A stretch of DNA of 59,033 bases from Raillietiella orientalis (Eukaryota): assembly GCA_036172245.1 (NCBI GenBank), contig JAYWIR010000103.1, positions 124,001 through 183,033 on the forward strand, read 5' to 3'. The notes under the pieces are model-generated. The model was not told the origin of the DNA. It made no database searches and saw nothing but the letters and a program-made list of their open reading frames with translations. Made by a program: the position numbers and the translations under genes. Every line of letters starts with the position of its first letter. Positions within the stretch are counted from its first letter, which is position 1. Of this stretch, positions 24,201 through 34,499 are shown one piece after another.

Positions 24201-25688
24201 GCAGGCCCGCACGTTTTCGAGACGCGCGGATGTCGGGCGTCTCGCAGAGTACAAGGCGAGGGCCGAGCGCCAGGTCTGGCAGTCCGGAGCAGCATGCCTG
24301 TTGGACGACAAGGGCCAGGAATGTTCGGCCCCAGCCGAAGTACGCCGCATTGTGAGACGCTACTACTCCTCTCTGTACGCGGAATCCCAGACGGAGGATA
24401 TTCTTTCTGAGATACTCCTGTCTCAGGATGCTCGTGTTGTCGGCAAGGAGGAACGCGAACGTCTCAACGAGCCCTTCACGCCGGATGAATTCTCTTCCGT
24501 CATTGCTGGGCTGAAGAGACGAAAGGCGCTAGGAGGATTTCTTCGACCTCATTCGTCGGGGAGCGGGCGTGAGCGTGAACAGAGAGAAGAGCGTGGTCGT
24601 TCCTGTGGGTACGTCGTGGGAGGGGCAGTCCGACTGGATCCGCCTGGGGATCCCCACGGGCGGGTACTTTAAGTACCTTGGCGTTCCGTTGGGCGCTTTC
24701 GGCGCAGCCGAAGCGTGGGCGGACTGTCTTCAGAAAGCAGAGTTGGCCATCAGCTCGTTCTTTAACGGCAAGTTTACCTTGCAGGAACGGGCGACTATAT
24801 GGAACACCTTTGTGGCCCCCCTCCTCCGTCCCCTGTTTTTTGTTTTGGACCCCCCCTATGCGGCAAAACCGCGGGCTAAGCGCCTGCTCAGGAACGCTCT
24901 CTGGGGTCCGGCGAGATCCAGGATCCGCCTTAAAGATTTCGTTGCTCCGCGTCGGGATGCTGGTTTGGGCATCCTGACAATGGAGCGAATCGAACTGCAG
25001 GTGCAGTTCCGAGTGCTGGCACTGTGTGCTCAGCTTTGGACATCTCCCCTGTGTGTGCCTGCACGCATTCTCCAGCGGAGATGCGCCGGCAGCGGAGCAC
25101 TGCTCTGGCTTTTGCGGGGCACCCAATACAGGAAGCGAGGTTTTGGGCTTTCATTGCGGCAGTTGAGCTCACTTCTGGAAGCCCATTCGTGGATCTTCTG
25201 CCGCCCAATGAACTTCGAAGCTTGGCGGCAGGAGTTTGTGGAATCCTGGGCAACGTTCCAAGGAATGCTCCCTGAAGCTCTTTGCCCACTGCGCCATCTT
25301 CTTCCGCGATCTTTGGAAGAAGTACTGCAGGACGAGGTGATGTTTTCTATACATTGATCACCGGTTACCGCTGAGCAGCGGCCAACCTGTGATCAATGTC
25401 GTACCCTCCATGAAGTCATTTTTGTGTTTTCTATTGACACCCGCGTCCCCATTGGCACCGGAACATTTCAGGTTCTCCCCGTTTGAATCCCCGTGAGTAC
25501 GGAGCCTAACTAAGGACCCGTTACCATTCCCTCCAGTTTTTCTGTTTTCGTTTGTTCTCCGCTTATTCCTCCCATGTTGCTGGCGGTTTGTTTACCAGGC
25601 CTGCGTGCCGGTAATTTCTCTCTGTTTCCTGTCAATCTGTTGGTTGGGGAGATTGTTTCTGACCGGTTAATTGTGACCGGGTGAAAAA
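21236..25688 (+). mobile_element. Divergent non-LTR retrotransposon H, both ends present, degenerate, RT core deleted; sense insertion at the GDFN motif of G
   Basis: 5' end cgagtgaGGATGTGTTTTTC. ORF1 ~21315-23286 with CEQCGKEGHCLDKC and CRYCKLSGHQLGNC. TAATG at 23284-23288. EN motifs WNVNG and GDFN. Deletion near 24530. 3' end CCGGGTGAAAAA. Confidence 0.88.
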
Positions 25689-25997
25689 TTTCAATCTACG
25701 GACGGAAACACAAACCCACTGAAGGCCCTTCGTCGTATACACAAAAGGTGAGATAACCGCAGTTAAAGCATTCTAGGGTGCACCATGTCGGACTTGGATA
25801 TCTGACTGATAGGTAGACTCTGTGGTGTACTTGAGCATGTTTAGCATGCTATGCAGTTGCAGTACAATTTGAAGAGCTGGGGGTATATGTATGATGTGCT
25901 TCATGCATGTTGGTCTAGGGTGGCGGGAAGGGCTAATCACTCTGTGATAATACCTAATGTTCTATTTGTTTTTGCAGGTATTGTTGCCTGATTGGTG

Positions 25998-27250
25998 ATG
26001 GCAGCGGCAAGTGAAGACATGTCAGCAACTTTTGAGGAATACAGCTCCAGCTTGCCGGACCTCGATGGTGACATCGAGATAGGGCTTACAACTGGAACAG
26101 ACATAGCCCTCCCAGAAGACCGCCGGTTCCCTGTGTATCAGCCTACAAATTCCCGAGCCACGATTAAGAACATTCGTGCCTCGGCTAACGGATGGTTATA
26201 CAGTGCCAAGCACTTTAAGGATGCCCAGCTTCCGCTCATGTTTAATGGCATATACGCACTGCTGACATACGACTTAATCCGATTCCGCTCGGTGAATGGT
26301 AACCTGATTCCGGATGGTGACTGGAAACCGACCACCCAGCATTACCATATGACACACACACAGAGGACGGCTAGTCAGTCTTTGCTCAACCAACAAACTG
26401 CGACCAACCGCATTGTAGTGATGGTGGCTACCATGGTTTCTTGGTGGCTCACCAATCATAATACCGGGGTGAAGAAAGATAGTTCAAGAGGAGCAGGGTA
26501 TGCACTAAAAGTGTCGCGCTCTCTGTTTGCCCGCACGCCACTTCCCGAAGAAAAGGGGATGGACATCGCCCATACCCTCGGTCACTATTGAAGTACCCTG
26601 AGTATCATGGAGCTGGCCGGATTCACGCATAAAATTCCATCTGTATCGATAGAAATCCAAGGACCCCCTTTTAAACCTATATCCATTTCACAGAATGCGC
26701 TCCTTAGATTCTTGTCCCCTCCAGCTGCTAAGCACAGGCATGCTGTGGCGTACCAGGCTTTTAAACGGCTTGTAAATTGGGCACAGGCGGCAAATTGTCC
26801 GGAGATAGAAAACATGCTATTTCTGGGCGAGGCGTACGCCGAGATAATGCTTAATTTCAAGCATTATCATATTGGGGCAAAGCACATAACTGGACAAGCT
26901 AGTACAAACTTCAGCGATGCTGATGCAGACGCTACTCTCGGACGACTGGGCTCATTTATGCTGAACGTCTACCCAAAATCAACACTATGCCTCTCGCCCC
27001 ATATGTCGCAGCAGGCCGTGGAATCAAAAGAGAACCCCTCTCCTGAATGGGACGCATTCTGTGCAAAGGTCCCAAAGGAGCTGTCTTGAAAACCAATCGA
27101 GATGATATATCCAAACCTGGGGACAGACAAATTTCGGAAATCAGAACAAAACTCTATGAGGCAATTAGGACATTTGAACACAAAATGCCTGGTGTGGCAA
27201 GCGGGAGGCAGCATGAAGACATTGTTCCAGCAGCTGAGCCTATGCATTGA
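25998..27250 (+). pseudogene. Endogenous viral element: Qinviridae-like (negative-strand RNA virus) nucleocapsid/structural protein with one stop (26589-26591) and one frameshift (~27075)
   Basis: Motif series WWLTNHNTG, HTLGHY*ST, LRFLSPPAA, YHIGAKHITG, STLCLSPH. It matches my recollection of qinvirus segment-2 proteins (NHHTG, GHW.ST, LR...PAG, YH.GA.YLTG, TL..SP). No search was run. Confidence 0.72.
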
Positions 27251-27414
27251 GTGCTCACTGGATGATACTCAGACATATAATTTATGTGAGAAATTGACGA
27301 AGATGATAAGATTACAACTAAAGCTTCTTGTATGTTTTGTGTGTAATTATTTGTGTGTAATCTTAGGTAGGAGTAGTTGAAACAAAGGTTTTGGTTTACG
27401 ATGGCGTGGCGACT

Positions 27415-28926
27415 TTTCGCAGCGAAAGAGCGGGCTAAACGTCTGCTCAGAAACGCCCTCTGGGGACCGGGAAGATGCAGGATCCGCCTGAAAGATTTGG
27501 CGGCACCACGTCGGGATGCTGGTTTGGGCATCCTGACAATGGAGCGAATCAAACTGCAGGTGCGGTTCCGAGTGCTGGCACTGTGTGCTCAGCTATGGAC
27601 ATCCCCCGTGTGTGCCTGCACGCATTCTCCAGCGGAGATGCGCCGGCAGCGGAGGACTGCTCTGGCTTTTGCCGGGCACCCAATACAGGAAGCGAGGTTT
27701 TGGGCTTTCATTGAGGCAGTTGACCGCACTTCTGGAGGCCCATTCGTGGATCTCCTGCCGCCCAATGAACTTCGAAGCTTGGCGGCAGGAGTCTGTTGAA
27801 TGCTGGGCAGCATTCCAAGGAATGCGCCCTGAAGATCTTCACCCCCTGCGCCATCTTCTTCAGCGAACTTTGGAAGAAGAAATGCAGCACGAGGTGTAGT
27901 TTTCTACCCTGGCTGCCACGCCTCTCGCCGCAGCGCTGTCTGCCCTCAGGGCAAGAAACGACAGTTGCCAACCGGCGAGGTGAGAGGTTTGCTGCACGAT
28001 AGCGGGAGAAACGAAACTCCTTGGAGCCGGACGCCGCCACTCCTCGTTCTGATGCAAAGGGACTCCTCCGGTGGGCAGAACTTGGTGTCACCCCCGAAGA
28101 ACTTGTAGTCCCTCCACAGTGTACAGACAGTTCTCTGCTCCCCCTTGCTTCGAAACAAGCCGTGCTGCTTTTCGTTCACTGGGGTTTTCAGTGCAACGAG
28201 CGCTGGCATCGTGTCTCCGGGGGACTCGCAAATGCGAACTGCGTTCGGTGAGTGACGACGGAGTCGATCCCGCACCTACTTCTGGACTGCGGTGTCCTAC
28301 AAAGACCTTGGCGAAGGCTGGCAGCAGCACTATCGCATCCCGTGGACACCGCAAGAGACTTGCTGCGACGATTCTTCACGCCGAGCGGACTGTCTACAAG
28401 CGCAAGGATTGCAACCATCGGTTGCATACGCGCCATAGTTTCAGCCCGTCAGGCGCTGGTAATCAACGGGCAGCATCAACAGGTGGTCGGCAAGGCAGCC
28501 TCCTATATGGAAGCGGCCGCCAGATGGCCTCAATTGACCAAGGACATAAAAAACGATCTCGCCGGCATACAACGTCGGTTTACAGACGCTACCTAGCAGC
28601 GCACCCGGTGACCCTTTCCCCTCGCTCCCATCGGTTTTTTTTTTCTTTTTTTTCCCACTTCGGTCCTCTTAGGCTCCGGAACGTTCTAGGTGCTCTCCCT
28701 TGTAAATCTCCGTGAGTACCGAGCCTCACCAAAGACCCGTCACCCTTCCCTCCAGAGTTTGTGTGTTTGTATTGTTATCCCTTTACTCTCTCAATGTTGG
28801 CAGCGGTTAGTTCACCAAGCCTGTGTGCCGGTAACTTCTCTTTGTTCCTTATCGTTTCTTTGCTTGGGGACATCGTCCTTGACCGGTTTATTTAAAATAA
28901 ACGCCCCGGCGTGACCGGGTGATAAA
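27415..28926 (+). mobile_element. 5'-truncated H-family retrotransposon J, directly fused to the 3' end of the qin-like insert
   Basis: AAKERAKRLLRNALWG... is highly similar to H 24860-25340. ORF2 ends at 28596. 3' end AATAAACGCCCCGGCGTGACCGGGTGATAAA. Confidence 0.9.
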
Positions 28927-29343
28927 TTTCAACCTCCGCCTGCTGTCAGGTGATGCCCACGCACAGGAGCGGACGGCCAACGAATTGTGCGCTGCCATGC
29001 GCACGCGCAACTAGTTGGGTGATCTCCCGGGAATGGTCAACAGCATCGACCACGTTTTTCTGCATGCTGCCGTGTCCCCAAGGGTCCTAAACGGGAGAGT
29101 TGCGTCGACGCTGTCGGAGCATTCCCGGCTGATATTCGAGGATTGCCCGAGCGACAAAGGACCCCCTTCCAGGGCGTATGTCTGCCTGGGGACTGGACGC
29201 GACCCTCAGGTACGAAAGAACACCTTCGCCAATTCCTGAGAGGCGTCACCCTCCAGAATCTCGCTGACTGGGAGCTTTTTAAGGCCTCGGTCCGGGAGTT
29301 TTGCGAGGAGTTCCCCTTGCACCTCCGCCCCCCTGATTCGGGG

Positions 29344-30028
29344 TTTCCACCCGGGTATGACCGGGGCGTTTATTGAAAAAATAAAACTCTACAAGACGTG
29401 GTACGAGGCTCCACTAACGGCCTAACAACACCGGACCCGCCGGGACGCAGCCCGCCGTGACTCCCCTCGGCAGTGGAGGGGGATGTGGGCGAAAACAAAA
29501 AATAAAATAAAAACAAAGAAAAAACAAAAAGAGTTTGGAGGGGAAGGGATCACATTCCACTGGGAGGAGGGTCCAACCTTCGCAGGATTCCCTCGAGGTC
29601 CATCAGCATTGAACCCAGCTGGGGCCATCCTTTAGCTCTCCGCATGAAGCAGACCGCATAAGGGATGACATCCCTCTCGATAGCGTCCAATCCTTCGTCG
29701 CATGCATCGCTCCAGGCCGCCACGATGCCTCCGATGCAGCACAGTGCTGCCACGGCTGCGGCTGGCTGCAGGGCGTTACGCACGAAGAGATGACGGAAAA
29801 CGTCTCTGGGTTGGCTGTCCACCTGGAGCCCGAGGATCGTCCCGAACCGTTCCCATAGGGTTCGGAGGGCAGCACAGTCAACAAGTAGGTGGAGGAGCGA
29901 TTCCCGCTCCCCACACCTTGCACACTCAGGCCTTACACTTCCCGCGTCCAGTGGAAGCGGCGCGCGTTGCAGAGTAAACCCCAGTGCAACAGTAGCAGCG
30001 CCGACTCTTGCCACTTCAGGGGGAGAAG
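29344..30028 (-). mobile_element. 5'-truncated retrotransposon E (D/K-like 3' end) with a 12-bp TSD, antisense in G
   Basis: TSD CCTGATTCGGGG at 29332-29343 and 30029-30040. Finger CARCGERESLLHLLVDC. Terminal hairpin present. Confidence 0.93.
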
Positions 30029-30585
30029 CCTGATTCGGGGACGGGGTCCGTAACGAACGGGCATATTTGCATGCCCGCTATTACGGAAGGACCCACAATG
30101 TCCGTCGCCTGGCAGAGTACCGAGCCGGGGCGGAGCGCCAAGCCTGGCAATCCGCGTCGGCCAGCTTGCTGGACGACCAGGGCAGGGAGCACTCGGCCCC
30201 GGCCGCGAAGCGCAACCTCGTGCGGAGATTTTATTCCTCCCTTTACGCCAGAGCCTCCGCGGAGCAAGACGCCTCCCGGCGCATGGTTCTGGCTGGTGCC
30301 CCGGGAATAGGGGAGGCGGAGAAGAAAAGCCTCGACGAGCCTGTTACGACCGGCGTAATTCTCGCCGGGATTAAAAGGCTGAAAAGGCGGAAAGCACCAG
30401 GGGAGTACGGCCTGCCCGTGGAGTTTTTCCAATGCTTCGCGGCAGAGTTGGCACCACTGGTGCTTCAGTTGACAAGGCTGATCCGAGACGAAGGTGATGT
30501 TACCGCCTTGTTTCGGTCAGCCAGGGTGAGGCTCCTTCCCAAGGGAGGAAACCTCAGAGAGCTCAGCAACTTGCGTCCGATAAAT

Positions 30586-30870
30586 ATGGAAGCCACACAT
30601 AGTAGAAGAATCTGTAAGTCATACCAAGGATATGGATTTTGTGCATATAGTCACCACTGTTGATACACACATAACTACGGAGATGCAACTCTTGAAAGTA
30701 TTGCAGCAATGTTAGACTATATAATAGGCAATATGAGGGAAATAAGACACAATGTGTGTAACATATCTCGAAGATATAGTATATATGATTACCTGGATGC
30801 CAGGAGAGCAAGATCGATGAGTAAAGCCTCTAGAAGTTACCAACATCAAGACATTAAGAAAAAAAAATAA
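30586..30870 (+). pseudogene. Small (~94 aa) CCCH zinc-finger ORF with one internal stop, ending in ATTAAGAAAAAAAAA; putative retrocopied mononegavirus mRNA
   Basis: MEATHSRRICKSYQGYGFCAYSHHC*YTHNY gives C-x8-C-x5-C-x3-H. The frame stays open after the TGA at 30661-30663 to the TAA at 30868-30870. Confidence 0.6.
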
Positions 30871-30949
30871 AAAATTCCCGAGTTGCACTTAGCGTACCAA
30901 GTGATCTGGTTTCTGACGTCTGTACAGTCTACTCCCTAGAATTGAAATC

Positions 30950-32220
30950 CACAGATCCAGTATGCGCTGCTTCATCCCTGGTCCCCATCGGCACGTGCCA
31001 CAGGATAGCGGCGCTCCCTTTTACGTTTGAGGTGCTCTATCCCCCGGCAGCCCTCATCCGGTCCTCCTGTTCCCCTATTTTTTGGAAAACCTCACACGGT
31101 CAGACTGCCGAAAATGCTATGTATCGCAGAATCTTCTCCGAACCCCTCTCAACTCATTGCACTTCGTGTGCATCCTGTGTGGTATTAGTTTTGACCATTC
31201 CCATCTTCTCAAAACCCATTGCAAAGCGAAACACTCAGGTGCTGGCAAATATGCTTATTCAACTGGCAATTCTTCATGCAGAAAGATTTTCGCCCCTCTG
31301 TTCGACTGTCGCTCGCCTACTAATCCCAATGGCCACTCCTCTTCCCTTCACCCTCCAGAACACAGCCCCAAGATTGATTCCTCCATTCCTTCCTTCATGG
31401 AAAATGAAGAGGCGTTCCAACGTCTCTTTAAGGATTTTCAGGAAAAACTTGCACCTAAGCCCAGCCCTATAGATGACCAAAGTCTTCATAAATCCACTCC
31501 CTCATACTCGGACATCTTCGCGTGAACCAAAAGTTTTCCTCAAGGAAACTCCTCAAACTTCTTGCCGCACTGGATGCAGAACTACTACTCTGCAGCGATG
31601 ATCACAGCTGAGCATATCTCTCCCCCCCAGCTCGCTGCTACTCCTTCCCCGATCGGATGACAAAGTTCGAGGCGTCTCCATTCCCTCTTCAACGAAGTTT
31701 GATGATTCTTACTTGGTTACCTCCATCACAGCTCACGACGCCCTTTCGCCTCTCCTAAACAATCGTGTATACAACTCAACTCCCCGCTCCTCTTGGATTA
31801 CAGAATGCTCTGAGTCCAAGAATTTCACCCTTCCTGAGAAAAACGGTCCCCCAAGATTCCAAATCAAAGTCTCAACCTACCTTTAACATTCCCCTATAGC
31901 CACTTCTTCCTGACTTTCTCCTTTTTATGACCTGCGACGCCTGACCTCCTTTCCTCTTTCAAGAGCGAAACAACGCGTGGGTGCAGCCATTCAATTGCTT
32001 GATAACCTTTTCAACTCCACCCGACAGCTGGTGGGCTCCACCCACCTGACTTATCTAATTCCACCATCAAGTCAGGTTATACCAGCTACAACATCTGGAA
32101 GCCCTCATTGCTTTCCGAATAATTCAAGTCCTTCACGATAAGGACTTTCGCCAGAAACCGCGTTGCCTATGAATTTCCCACGGGATCGGTTACTCAGCAA
32201 TCTTGGTAATAAGTATTACC
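30950..32220 (+). pseudogene. Decayed C/T-rich coding sequence with a C2H2-like finger; origin unknown, possibly RNA virus
   Basis: CILCGISFDHSHLLKTHCKAKH in ORF 31082-31525. Further open stretches follow (RSDDKVRGVSIPSSTKFDDSYLVTSITAHDALSPLLNNRVY). Strong pyrimidine strand skew unlike the flanks. Confidence 0.4.
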
Positions 32221-32221
32221 C

Positions 32222-32940
32222 AGATTGCATCTCGAACGGAGCAGAGGAACCCCTGAACAAGCTGAACAATACTGCCAAAAGGAAGACGAAAATCCATGGA
32301 CTTACGGAACACTACAACTACAATCCAAGAAATCAATACATAAACAGGTAAACTTTCTAATATTTCAATATAAAAATCTTGCATTTTCAGATGCAACAAT
32401 AGATATTAGATGGCAGGAGCGAAAAATGGATATGGAGAGAAAAACCCGAGATATACGACAAACAGGCTATTTGTAACTGATAGCATTAGATTTATTAAAT
32501 ACTTCCAAACAGACTCCATGGAATTAAAACAACTTCAAATATGGCAAAAAAACCTTTTAGACATATCAAAAGACCCCAGCGACAGAGGTAACCACTGGTA
32601 CAGCAACTGCCAAGGAAACTCCGGGAAAACCACTATCGCAAAGCACATTTATCTCAACTACGAAGCACTATATCTCAACTACGACGCACTATATCTCAAC
32701 AACTGCAAAAAAACAGACGCATCATATATGTACGCAGGAAAAAGATAACAAGCATCGACCTTACAAAAGATGTCCAGGAACTCATAAACTACGGACTGAT
32801 TGAATCCATCAAAAATCATCTATGCTCCACCAAATACCAAGGACACTTTGAAATGTTCTCCCGTCCCCATGTAATTATTTTTGCAAATACCGACCCCAAC
32901 TATGAAAACACGTCATCTGATAGATGGATTGTACTTATGA
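32222..32940 (+). pseudogene. rep: Endogenous CRESS-DNA-virus Rep fragment (HUH motif III plus SF3 helicase) with a 43-nt intron at 32348-32390
   Basis: HLERSRGTPEQAEQYCQKE (motif III). Walker A GNSGKTT. Walker B region IDL, then INYGLIESIKN...TKYQG. Motif C HVIIFAN. Arg-finger region SDRW. Contains stops and frameshifts. Confidence 0.88.
32649..32700 (+). repeat. 21-bp tandem duplication inside the Rep relic (YLNYEAL-YLNYDAL-YLN)
   Basis: atctcaactacgaagcactat atctcaactacgacgcactat atctcaac. Confidence 0.9.
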
Positions 32941-32959
32941 CATCTGCCAAACCATCGTC

Positions 32960-34200
32960 CACCAACAAACCACGAGGAGTTCGTAGCAGTCCTTGCACGC
33001 ACACAATGACAAGTTCAGGAAACGAGCAAGCATCCAGTTTATGGAAGACTATCGACCGAAACTCCAAGCGGATACCTTCGAGGAAATGGACGTCTCCATC
33101 GGACAACTGAAGAGCTAAACTCTGACAAATGAGCCGGTGACCACTAGTGGACTTGGATTGCTTGGTAACCTCGCATGGGAAGAGGTTAAACTCGTCAGGA
33201 TATGTGATTCAGCATTGAGTAAGAACGCCTTATATCGTGTGAAACTGTAGATGCAACTGTAGATGCAACTCTTAAAGTCACAGCTGACACCTGTATATAC
33301 CAGCTTCATCTTAAGTGACCGACAATCTAATAGATTTGCCAATTATAACATCGATCAGTCAATCGTTTCAGCTCCTATCAACTTGAAACCTGACGACGGT
33401 AATTAATGGTACTGGCCAATTCACACGTGACAATAGGCGCTACACCGTTTGTTTCGACGTCCTGTGTGCTGTATGAGTTGATAGACCCTTCACGTGAATG
33501 TGTTACAGCGACACCCGAAAAGAGAGCGCGCCCTGAGTGTGCCGTGGAAGTTGTTGCTAAGAAACCCGATTCATTTGTGGTTACCTTCAACAACATCAGA
33601 AAGACTGTGGTAGCTTTGACAGATGCGACCATGGCCATTGACCATAGTAATATTTTGAAGTGAACCCGCTTCCTAACGCCGTTTTCATCAACCATTTGTT
33701 GATGAATCCAGATGAGATAATGCCAGATATGATTACAGATCGAGAGCTGCAATTGTTACGATCAACCGTCAATTCTCTCTACGGTAAGTTTCCCCATCTA
33801 ACTGAACTAATTACTCTCGAAAAGAAAACTCATTCCAACTAGTTAAATCCTTTACTGATTTACAGTTGGTTACGACTGTAGAAAACATTCCCTACATTTG
33901 TAATCTATTCAGTATGACTGAAGATTTCTATTCCGCTGGTCCAGTCACTGATCAAGTAGGAGCGGTTGGACTTTTGAGCTAAGCCGGCGAATGCTCAGAG
34001 TTTAACAACAGTTACAGTCGCCTTGCAGCTTGCATCACATTTCGTTCAGTGACTTCCCAAACCGATTTGGTTATCTATGGAGGACAATGGCTAATGCCAT
34101 CCTCTCGCGTCATTAAGGAGGAACAGGTTTATGTTTTCAACCAGAGGGAAGATTGCATAATCCGCGGTAAGTCCACAGCAAACCTAGGCGGTTGCAATCT
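32960..34200 (+). pseudogene. Decayed coding sequence of unknown, possibly viral capsid, origin
   Basis: Long nearly open + frames: HNDKFRKRASIQFMEDYRPKLQ...GLGLLGNLAWEEVKLVR...; NAVFINHLLMNPDEIMPD...; NLFSMTEDFYSAGPVTDQVGAVG...YGGQWLMP. No recognised motif. Confidence 0.35.
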
Positions 34201-34499
34201 GTTTTTCTCCTGCACGTGGGTCGAGCTGCGGCGAAATAGGTGCTAGGTGTATCCGGAAAAAGGAAACTCCAGGTGCGGCAAACGCAATGATATTGAAACG
34301 CCTACAAATCTTGCAAAAAAGGAAAGAATACAGAAAGATTCTAACGAGGCATACATTAATATACCGTTAATGAAGAAACTCTAAAAAAACTGCCATAGGG
34401 ATGCACATCAAGCGTAATTCTGACGCTCTGACCGTAAATCTGATCGAGTACCTGGATTCTGGATCCCGGCCACAAAACCTTAAGTGGACCTTCCCCGGA

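Larger units (their letters stand above)
19166..30583 (+). mobile_element. Degenerate non-LTR retrotransposon G, outermost host (pieces 19166-21235, 28927-29343, 30029-30583)
   Basis: ORF1 relic PATRDLKP...EGYNP...CGLCNTFWH. TGATG junction at 20767-20771. EN runs to ARDYN at 21235, resumes as FNLRLLSG at 28927, resumes again as FGDGVRNERAY after E, and ends at NLRPI. Joining the pieces into one element is inferred from collinearity. Confidence 0.8.

Noticed and set aside
25696..25735. Reading F-N-L-R-T-E after H as continued host endonuclease
   Set aside because: Similarity stops after about four codons and the convincing continuation is at 28927. I treated it as the TSD plus the start of the viral insert, but the boundary is uncertain by ~40 nt.
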